Shown piece after piece: positions 29,604 to 37,606 of a stretch of 49,631 nt of DNA. Numbering within the stretch: position 1 is the first letter of the stretch; each line of letters starts with the position of its first letter. The notes beneath the pieces were generated by a model that was given only the letters and a program-made list of their open reading frames with translations, made no database searches and had not been told where the DNA came from. The stretch is from Candidatus Heimdallarchaeota archaeon (GTDB taxonomy: Archaea; Asgardarchaeota; Heimdallarchaeia; Heimdallarchaeales; Heimdallarchaeaceae), in the NCBI GenBank assembly GCA_019057375.1, contig DXJF01000019.1:1-49631 (forward strand), in the 5' to 3' direction. Made by a program: the position numbers and the translations under genes.

Positions 29604-30563
29604 TTGATGACAGAAATAATTAGATTAGATAAAATCAAGGAGATTCTAAAGACTTTAGATCCAATAAAGTTAATTGAAGAAGGTTTTATAGCTTATTCAG
29701 AAAGGAAGGTTGTTGTTCCTCCTGTTGGAGAGATGATTTTTGATAATCCTCCTGGAGAATGTCATATAAAATATGGATATATCAAAGATGATGATTATTA
29801 TGTAATCAAGGTTGCTTCTGGTTTCTATGATAATCCTAAACTAGGTTTATCTTCTAGTGGTGGATTAATGCTACTTTTCTGCCAAAAAACTGGAGAATTG
29901 ATTTCTATCCTTCTTGATGAAGGACATCTAACGAATATTCGAACCGCAACAGCTGGAGCTATAGCAGCAAAATATATGGCTCCAAGTAAAGTAAATCGTA
30001 TAGGTATATTTGGAGCAGGAGTTCATGGTAGACTGCAACCAATTTATTTACAGAAGGTTTTAGATTGTAAAAATATAATCACTTGGGGAATTAATCAAGA
30101 AGAATTAGACATTTATGAAAAGGATATGGAAGAATTAGGATTTATGGTTGAAACCACTCAAAACCCTGAGACTATCACTTCATCTTGTAATCTTATAGTA
30201 ACTTGTACACCATCAAAAGAACCTTTAATCTTTGCAGATCAAATTAGAAAAGGAACTCATATTACTGCTATAGGTTCAGATACTCCAGAAAAGCAGGAGT
30301 TAGATTCAACTATTCTGAAGAAAGCAGATCGATTAGTAGTAGATAGTATTGGACAATGTCTTGAAAGAGGAGAGAGTTTCAAAGCAATTACTAATGGTAT
30401 GATTACTAAGGAAAAAATGATTGAATTAGGCAAAGTAATAGTTAATAAGAAGCTTCAAAGAGCATCTGATAAAGAAATTACTGTGGTTGATTTAACAGGT
30501 GTTGCAGTACAAGACATCCAGATTACTAAGGCTACATGGTATAATTATTCGAAAGAAAATTAA
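29604..30563 (+). CDS. Ornithine cyclodeaminase/mu-crystallin (archaeal alanine dehydrogenase-like) family protein
   Basis: LTNIRTATAG, GIFGAGVHG, GTHITAIGSD and DLTGVAVQD motifs. Confidence 0.9.
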   Translation: MMTEIIRLDKIKEILKTLDPIKLIEEGFIAYSERKVVVPPVGEMIFDNPPGECHIKYGYIKDDDYYVIKVASGFYDNPKLGLSSSGGLMLLFCQKTGELISILLDEGHLTNIRTATAGAIAAKYMAPSKVNRIGIFGAGVHGRLQPIYLQKVLDCKNIITWGINQEELDIYEKDMEELGFMVETTQNPETITSSCNLIVTCTPSKEPLIFADQIRKGTHITAIGSDTPEKQELDSTILKKADRLVVDSIGQCLERGESFKAITNGMITKEKMIELGKVIVNKKLQRASDKEITVVDLTGVAVQDIQITKATWYNYSKEN

Positions 30564-30660
30564 TCTTGACTTATTTATTGCTTCAAACATGAGAATAATC
30601 TACACAATATTAGTTGCCTTTGTAACTAATCTTTTATTTTAGAAAGATATAAACTAAATA

Positions 30661-30930
30661 ATGACTGTAATTTCTGATCAACACATCTGTCCTAAGTGTT
30701 TTACTGAAGGTGCAAGTGTACTCGAGAAGAAGGAAACTTTTCATCTGGATAATAATAAATTCTTTCAAATAATCCATGTAACCTTTGTTTGTAAAAATGT
30801 GTGTTGGCACAATTGGAATGAGTATTATAAGATTCTGCTTAAAGATTTTTCAGAGGAAGAAAAAATAACAGTTGTTCCATATTTTGCTGATGAAATAATA
30901 AGTCCTGATCAGATTAAATTTAAAGAATAG
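30661..30930 (+). CDS. Small zinc-ribbon-like protein
   Basis: CPKC...CKNVCWHNW. Confidence 0.6.
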   Translation: MTVISDQHICPKCFTEGASVLEKKETFHLDNNKFFQIIHVTFVCKNVCWHNWNEYYKILLKDFSEEEKITVVPYFADEIISPDQIKFKE

Positions 30931-31149
30931 TTTTGGAAAATACAGTCTCCAGTAAATGTTAACAGATAAATTCTGTTATCAATTTTCTAATCTCCAAAGT
31001 ATTTCGGATATAGAACTAGCAGAAGTGGATTTAACTGACATAGAAACCCAAGATATTCAATTTGCATAAGATGTTTGGGTGGTTTTACTCTAAGAATTAA
31101 CAGCAATTAGATTAATTTAGAAAAAGAAAAGAGTTGTAAAAACTCTCAC

Positions 31150-31332
31150 TTATTGAGGATATTCGAGTTTCTTACCAAGAAGAACCCACACCCAATCAAC
31201 TAGCCATCCGATACCGAAGAGACCTCCAGTTACTAACCAGAGAAGACCGGTTAAAATGTATCACTTATAGAATCGATAGATTCCAAATTCTCCTAGAAAG
31301 AAGGCTAGTAAGAAATCTAATAGTTTAACCAT
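31150..31332 (-). pseudogene. TM2-domain protein (60 codons) interrupted by an in-frame TGA at codon 24
   Basis: MVKLLDFLLAFFLGEFGIYRFYK*YILTGLLWLVTGGLFGIGWLVDWVWVLLGKKLEYPQ*, with a GGTGA SD upstream. TGA at 31261-31263. Confidence 0.75.
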
Positions 31333-31441
31333 TTTTATATCACCATTTTTGAGATAAAGATATCCCATTCAAACAATTACTTCGATGTTATTTATAAAAT
31401 TTTATAGAACAAATTTATATATCAATAGAAATACAATTTTT

Positions 31442-31684
31442 TTTTTTGGGAATGAGAAGAAATTAAATTATTGGACAGATTGGCTAGGAGTAGGAAATTA
31501 TACGATTGCTGGTCCAGTTTTAGCAGAAGACATTTATCCATTAGTTGCACCACCAGTCTAGTAATAAAACATAGAAAATACTCTATTGAAAAGTTGTGTT
31601 ACTTTTCTATTTATTTTTTGAGCGATATTTCATATATTTTTATGATTATGTCATTTTATTAAAGCAAAATGCCTTAAAAGGTGA
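31442..31684 (+). pseudogene. Relic of the C-terminus of a NosD-like anchored surface protein
   Basis: The frame starting 31469 reads (N)YWTDWLGVGNYTIAGPVLAEDIYPLVAPPV, then stops and a decayed hydrophobic plus basic tail. It parallels GNFWNEW...PYPI...DPCPL in the 42473 gene. Confidence 0.55.
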
Positions 31685-31919
31685 TTAAATGAACTTAAAA
31701 CAAAATAAGTAAAACCAAAAACAATATTATTATTTGTAGCAATAGGAATATTTGTATTGTTTACTACTACTCAATCATCAGACTATTTCTCATATATTTA
31801 GCAAAAAGGTTTATATTTTTCAAATAAGATTCCAAATAGTTATATATATCATCATTTGCAACTATATTCTCTATAAAATCTGCTAATAAATGAATGTCAA
31901 TAGGGTATAGGGGAAAAAA

Positions 31920-32906
31920 ATGAAGAAAAAAGTGGGTTTACCAAGAGCATTGCTTTATTACAAATTTGAACCAATGTGGAGAACATTTTTTGAGGAACTT
32001 GGGGCTGAGGTTATTGTTTCTCCGGAAACAACTAAAACAATCAAAGATTTAGCAGTAAGATATGCTCCAGATGAAGATTGTTATTCCACAAAATTATATT
32101 TTGGACATGCCATCTATCTTAAAGATAAAGTAGATTACTTCTTCATACCAAGATTTGGTAGTGATCATGAAGTTAATGTTGGTTGTCCTAAATTCATTGG
32201 TCTTGCACAGGTCTTAGATTCTCTTTTCCCTGATTTTCCTGAGATTATAATGCCTTATTATTCACAAGCCAAAGCAAACCATGGAAAGAGAAGACTTCTT
32301 AGAATTATCTTCGAAATTGGTTTAAAATTTACTTACAATCCTTTAAAAATTATTAAAGCTGGAATTAGAGCTTTTAAGGCTCAAAGAGAGTATGAAGAAC
32401 AATTGCATATCTCTGAACAACAGTTAGAAAATTGGATAAAATCTCAAATTTTTCTCAACGAAAAACCAAATTTGAAAATGAGAAAAAAACCATTGAAACT
32501 TGCTTTAGTAGGTCATCCTTATGTGTTAAATGATAATTTGTCTAATCTAGATATCAGAGAAAATTTATCACAAAAGGGTGTAGATATTATTACTTCTCTA
32601 CAGATGCCTAGAAGTACAATTGAAGATCAGATGGAAAAACTCGATTTTAATTTGTATTTCAATTATGAAAGGGAAATTCTTGGAACAATAATGTATTTTC
32701 TAGAAAACAATACAATAGATGGAATATTACAACTAGCTATTTTCAGTTGTGGTCCAGATTCTATTGCTTTAGAACTAGCTTCGAGATACTCAAGAAGACA
32801 ACCTGAGACTCCATTATTACAATTAGTTATAGATGAACTATCATCTGAAGTAGGATTTAGTACTCGTATAGAAGCTTTTATTGATATGATTGATAGGAGG
32901 AATTAA
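31920..32906 (+). CDS. Acyl-CoA dehydratase activase-related protein (DUF2229-like)
   Basis: VGLPRALLYY, CYSTKLYFGH, CPKFIGL, FSCGPDS and IDELSSEVGFSTRIEAFIDM motifs. Confidence 0.82.
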   Translation: MKKKVGLPRALLYYKFEPMWRTFFEELGAEVIVSPETTKTIKDLAVRYAPDEDCYSTKLYFGHAIYLKDKVDYFFIPRFGSDHEVNVGCPKFIGLAQVLDSLFPDFPEIIMPYYSQAKANHGKRRLLRIIFEIGLKFTYNPLKIIKAGIRAFKAQREYEEQLHISEQQLENWIKSQIFLNEKPNLKMRKKPLKLALVGHPYVLNDNLSNLDIRENLSQKGVDIITSLQMPRSTIEDQMEKLDFNLYFNYEREILGTIMYFLENNTIDGILQLAIFSCGPDSIALELASRYSRRQPETPLLQLVIDELSSEVGFSTRIEAFIDMIDRRN

Positions 32907-32907
32907 A

Positions 32908-34008
32908 TTGCCTTTTACTTACCCCCACTTTGGATCTTTGACATATGTTTTCGAAATAGTTCTTAGAGAACTTGGAAGAACAGATATTATGCTTCCAAAA
33001 AAACCAAGCAAGAAAACTTCAGAACTTGGGTCACGATATTCACCAGAATTCGTTTGTACACCCTTCAAATTAACTCTTGGAACTTTTATAGAGATGTTAG
33101 ATTTGGGTGCTGATGAGCTCGGAATAGGAGGTGGGAATATGTATTGTCGCTTTGGTCTTTACTGGCCTGTTCAGAAACTCATTTTAGAAGATTTAGGTTA
33201 TGATTTCAAATTTTTTCCTATTCCAATTTTTGATAAACCACTTAACCTTGTTAAATCATTACAAACAGCAAGCAACAATTGTACTGTTTGGGAAACAATC
33301 AAAGCTTTTAGAACCACCTGGATTAAAACTAGATATATTGAGTTGGTCGACAAGCTACATTTCGAATATAGGGCTTTAGAGATTGGAAAGAATCAAGCGG
33401 ATAGGCTTGCAGAAGAAGCTCACAGAAAGATTGTTGAAATACAGGGATTAGGGAATTTAAGGAGATATGGTAAGAAACTTCCCGAATTATTCAATAAAAC
33501 TATTGAGATCGATAAGAAAAAAAAGAAGAATGCTCTAAAGATTGGTGTGTGTGGAGAGATATATGTAGCTCTAGAACCTACTTTAAATCTAGATGTTCAT
33601 AGAAAACTGAATGAATTAGGAGTAATTACTACAAACTGTGTTTCTTTTGGCATGCTTATCGATTTTGGACGAAAAATCAATCCATTTAAGACCTTACCAT
33701 ATCAAAAAGCTCGAAGAGTAGCTAAACCATATATTGGACAAAGATGTGGAGGAGAAGCTCAAGAAAATATAGGAGATATAATTCTTTACAAGAAGAAAAA
33801 GTGGGATGGATTGGTTCACCTTTACCCCTTTACGTGTATGCCTGAAATAATTACTCGAAGTATAGCTCCTCAAGTTAGTAGGGAGTATGATATGCCTTTC
33901 TTATCGTTGGTTATTGATGAACATACAGGAGAGACAGGATTTCAAACAAGATTGGAAGCTTTTGTTGATTTATTAAGCAGAAAAAAGGATAAAATGCTAG
34001 CTAGTTAA
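32908..34008 (+). CDS. 2-hydroxyacyl-CoA dehydratase-related (CoA protein activase family) protein
   Basis: SPEFVCTPFK, YCRFGLY, GEIYV, PFTCMPEI and DEHTGETGFQTRLEAF motifs. The likely start is TTG 32908 after GGAGG (the ORF track starts at 32890). Confidence 0.8.
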   Translation: MPFTYPHFGSLTYVFEIVLRELGRTDIMLPKKPSKKTSELGSRYSPEFVCTPFKLTLGTFIEMLDLGADELGIGGGNMYCRFGLYWPVQKLILEDLGYDFKFFPIPIFDKPLNLVKSLQTASNNCTVWETIKAFRTTWIKTRYIELVDKLHFEYRALEIGKNQADRLAEEAHRKIVEIQGLGNLRRYGKKLPELFNKTIEIDKKKKKNALKIGVCGEIYVALEPTLNLDVHRKLNELGVITTNCVSFGMLIDFGRKINPFKTLPYQKARRVAKPYIGQRCGGEAQENIGDIILYKKKKWDGLVHLYPFTCMPEIITRSIAPQVSREYDMPFLSLVIDEHTGETGFQTRLEAFVDLLSRKKDKMLAS

Positions 34009-34038
34009 AACTAGGAGTTGAGAAAAATCCGTTACATT

Positions 34039-34089
34039 GTTTCTAAATATTTTTTCTTTTCATTAGAATCAAGTAACTTATTTAGAAAC
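34039..34089. terminator. 11-bp perfect inverted repeat between convergent genes
   Basis: GTTTCTAAATA (34039-34049) and TATTTAGAAAC (34079-34089), with a T-rich spacer. Confidence 0.35.
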
Positions 34090-34151
34090 TTACTAACTTG
34101 AAGTTGCTCATTATATGCACAAGTATAAAAGGATGAGAAGTCAGAGAGAGA

Positions 34152-35330
34152 CTAATATTCTCTGTTTTTGATTGTTCTTCTCTTAAAGAAAGATACCAAT
34201 ACTGTTACACCAATGATCAGAGGTACGAAGAATGCTATAGAAATTTCTCCAATGGGTCCTTCTATTGCAGAAAGAATGTATTCTTCAAAAAGATAGTCTG
34301 GATAATAAGCACCATCAGTTGGAGAAAAATTTGAAGTAACAACAGCTACTATATCATGTTCTGGAACTACATATATCATCTGACCATGTCTTCCTCTAGC
34401 AGCATAGTAACCCTTACCATAGCTAACCCACCAAAGACCCCCATATCCTTCTCCTCCACCAAAATCAATTACAGCTTCGGTAGTGTTTCTAACCCAATCT
34501 GTATGAATTATCGACTCCCCATCCCAAGTTCCATTGTTGAGGTAAAGATAACCAAATCGAGCCATATCTCTAGGTACCATGTAAATTCCATGTCCTCCAT
34601 AATAATAGCCTTGATTATCAACATCCCACGAGTAATTTCTTATTCCAATAGGATTAAACAAGTATTCCTGAGCAAACTCAAGGGTGGAGTTTCCAGAAGC
34701 TTTACTAATTATAGCTGAGAGTAAGTGTGTTCCTCCTGTATCATAGTTAAAATATGTCCAAGGTTCAAAAATCATTGGTAAGTTAAGTATATATGCAACT
34801 TGGTTCTCAGCTCCTACCATCTGAGGCCAGTTAATGTCATCTGTCCAATCAAAGCCAGCTGTCATTGTAAGCAGATTAGCAATGGTTATATTTTCTTTAC
34901 CAAGTGTGTAATTGTTTATTGTGATTTCAGGGAATATATCTACAACCTTTAGATTAACATCTTCAATATAACCTTCAAATAAAGCAATTCCTATTAGAGC
35001 AGATGTGAAGCTTTTTGTTACCGACCAAACAAAATGTTTGTATTCAGGAAAACTTCCTCTGAAATGCTCTTCAAAGATTATATACCCATTTCTTACAATC
35101 GTTATTGAATCAACTTCTAGAGAATTATAATCGATATAATCAACCATTTCATTTAATTTTGAACTGTCCATTTTTTGTTTTTTTGGAGTTGATAATTGCC
35201 ATTCTTCTGTCGGCCAGTATTCTCTCTCCAAAGATGTAGCTGAAGTTACCGATAATGAAATAAAACTGGTTGATAAAAATAATGTGAAAATTATCACGAA
35301 TAATAAATTGTTAGATTTTCCATTCAGCAA
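34152..35330 (-). CDS. Secreted, membrane-anchored serine hydrolase (beta-lactamase class C-like)
   Basis: Signal peptide, WSVTKS (SxxK), FNYD, PRDMARFG.LYL, and a C-terminal TM followed by KRR. Confidence 0.87.
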   Translation of the reverse strand: MLNGKSNNLLFVIIFTLFLSTSFISLSVTSATSLEREYWPTEEWQLSTPKKQKMDSSKLNEMVDYIDYNSLEVDSITIVRNGYIIFEEHFRGSFPEYKHFVWSVTKSFTSALIGIALFEGYIEDVNLKVVDIFPEITINNYTLGKENITIANLLTMTAGFDWTDDINWPQMVGAENQVAYILNLPMIFEPWTYFNYDTGGTHLLSAIISKASGNSTLEFAQEYLFNPIGIRNYSWDVDNQGYYYGGHGIYMVPRDMARFGYLYLNNGTWDGESIIHTDWVRNTTEAVIDFGGGEGYGGLWWVSYGKGYYAARGRHGQMIYVVPEHDIVAVVTSNFSPTDGAYYPDYLFEEYILSAIEGPIGEISIAFFVPLIIGVTVLVSFFKRRTIKNREY

Positions 35331-35389
35331 TTGTATTCCCCATCATTTATTGTTGAATATATGCTATACACATTTAAAAATCTAACATT

Positions 35390-36562
35390 TCAACTTTTCA
35401 TTGATTCAAGATATTTTATCTTTTCATTTTCTTCTAATATTTGTATTAAAGATTCACAATCTAGAAACTGATCTTTATCGTCATAACCATTAGATATGGC
35501 CTTTTCTAGAAATTCTGTAGATTTTTCTTTGTTTTCAATAGCTGCATAACAATCACTTATTCTGAAATATACACGTTCAATAGGAAAATCACTATTAAGA
35601 TAATAAGACTCCTTAAAATCAATTGTCTGAGCGTGAGAAGCTTCAACGATTTGAATGTAGAAATCAATTGCTTCAGGATAATTTTCTTCAACTTTAGCAA
35701 AATAAGCTTTAATGACCAAAAAATCAACTTTATTAAATACATATGAAGCTTTTTTGTATTCCATTATTCTTTCAAAACCAATTTTTTCAGCTGTCTTAAA
35801 TGACCCAATATTTCTTTGGGTACAATGCCATCCCACAGACTTATATCTTGAAAGACAATATTCAGCTGTTGCTGATCCAACAATGGATGCAAAACCCCTT
35901 CTTTGATATTCTGATTTTGTAGCTATACCTACTTCAATATCATTTGTTTCTGTAAGATATTCAGTTGTACACCATGCAACTATTTCGTCATCCTCTTTTA
36001 CTAAGTAGAAACCTCTATTTTCCTTCAAACCTTCTTCTAAGGGATCCCAGTTTTCTAGTATTTCTTCAATCAACCAGTCAAAGTTTTTGAGATAAGCTTT
36101 TTCCAGAAGAGTTAAATCAACAGGTTCTAATGAGTATCCTTCAGGAATAAGATCCTTCCAATCTTCCTGCTTAAGTTCTTTTATCTCATAATAGTATCTG
36201 TCATAATAGAATGAATCTTCCAATATCATAAGTAAGTTTGATTCCCACTGATCATTGCCAAAATAGAAATCAACTTCCGTGAAATTTCTCTTCTTATATT
36301 CAGGAATTAGTACTTCATGAATGTAATTTCGAAGTTCTTGGTTAAATTCTATGTTGTCAGCTCTTCCTCCAACAAATAGTCTAGGTGGTACACCAATAAC
36401 CGCAGTTTGTGGATTATTGATATCATCAACTAAAACTCTTTTTGTTATAGGAGTTCTTTCAAGGTGACTTCTAAAACTATTAACATAATCCCTATCTCTA
36501 AATAGATGCTTAAGTTTCTTGAAATCCTTTTTCTCTAATTCTTTAATCATTTTTATCACCAT
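35390..36562 (-). CDS. GNAT acetyltransferase with a C-terminal TPR-like region
   Basis: IEVGIAT..EYQRRGFAS acetyl-CoA motif and NIGSFKTAEKIGF. Helical C-terminus. Confidence 0.82.
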   Translation of the reverse strand: MVIKMIKELEKKDFKKLKHLFRDRDYVNSFRSHLERTPITKRVLVDDINNPQTAVIGVPPRLFVGGRADNIEFNQELRNYIHEVLIPEYKKRNFTEVDFYFGNDQWESNLLMILEDSFYYDRYYYEIKELKQEDWKDLIPEGYSLEPVDLTLLEKAYLKNFDWLIEEILENWDPLEEGLKENRGFYLVKEDDEIVAWCTTEYLTETNDIEVGIATKSEYQRRGFASIVGSATAEYCLSRYKSVGWHCTQRNIGSFKTAEKIGFERIMEYKKASYVFNKVDFLVIKAYFAKVEENYPEAIDFYIQIVEASHAQTIDFKESYYLNSDFPIERVYFRISDCYAAIENKEKSTEFLEKAISNGYDDKDQFLDCESLIQILEENEKIKYLESMKS

Positions 36563-36769
36563 TCAGAAGAATCAATGAGTTTGAAATACAAAGATGCCGA
36601 ATTCTAAGAAGTTAACAAAAAGACACGTTTAACTGTGTTGTCGAAGTGTCAGTTTGATTTTCTTGTTAGGTTTAATCCACATAATAGCAACAATTCTTTT
36701 CATTTAATCACTGACACCTCTCTTAGTTGAATAAATAAGCAGAATCAGTGATATTTATAATAGTTGTGA

Positions 36770-37468
36770 TTAGAAGAAGTCAGTTATTCTTTTTTGTCTA
36801 TAACGTCTATATTCGTTCCCTATCTTACTCCATAATATCCCTTCAGCTTTTTCAGGAGTCGAAGGAATACCATTAGCATCACGTTGAATTATTGACTTAA
36901 CATCTCGATAACCTTGGTATGAGAAACCAAAATTTAGTACAACCTCATTAGCTGCTTCTCTTACTTCTTTCCTATTATAATGCAAAGCTGCAGTCAAAGG
37001 AGTTATTGCTTCAGGATCTTTAAGTTGCCTTAGAGCTGACATCAAAAATTTTACAGCAGGTTCACCTATTTTTTCTAGAGCATAAACAGCATATTCTCTA
37101 ACGATTACGTCTTCTTTTTCATCTTTGAGTGTAGCTATTAGAGGTTCTATAGCTCTTTTGTTACCTATTTTCCCTAGAGTTTCAACTGCACAGACTCTAA
37201 CCTTACTTTGAGAATTACTTAGTTCAGCAATAAGCTGTGGAACAGCATTAGAACCAATTTTTGCTAGAGCTTTTGAGGCGACAAAACGAATATCTTTATC
37301 TTCATCCTTAAGAGCAGTAATCAAGGGATCTATAACTGGATCACCAATTTTTATGAGAGCGTTGACTGTTCTGGAAATGACTCTGGGATTTTTATTTTTT
37401 AAATCTGATATTAGAGTCAGAATATCTCCAGTATTTTCAAATTTCTCTATGTACTTATCTACACTCAT
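36770..37468 (-). CDS. HEAT/PBS-lyase repeat protein
   Basis: Repeated VR..A..AL.KIG..AV..LI..L units. Confidence 0.85.
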   Translation of the reverse strand: MSVDKYIEKFENTGDILTLISDLKNKNPRVISRTVNALIKIGDPVIDPLITALKDEDKDIRFVASKALAKIGSNAVPQLIAELSNSQSKVRVCAVETLGKIGNKRAIEPLIATLKDEKEDVIVREYAVYALEKIGEPAVKFLMSALRQLKDPEAITPLTAALHYNRKEVREAANEVVLNFGFSYQGYRDVKSIIQRDANGIPSTPEKAEGILWSKIGNEYRRYRQKRITDFF

Positions 37469-37606
37469 GATAATTCCTGCTTAGGATAAAGGTTGAACCA
37501 ACAATATTATGTTTTTTACAACACCTATATAAAGAGAATCCCCCGTTTATATATGTAATTCAGTTTGATGAGGTAATTTTTATATTTAAGAAAGAGAGAC
37601 ACTATT

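Noticed and set aside
29592-29613. CTGTCA-N10-TGACAG dyad over the start of the cyclodeaminase gene
   Set aside because: The arms are only 6 bp and one lies within coding sequence, so it is not distinguishable from chance.
31471-31662. 63-aa ORF in the track
   Set aside because: The biologically meaningful similarity lies in a different frame (the NosD-like relic), so this ORF is likely spurious.
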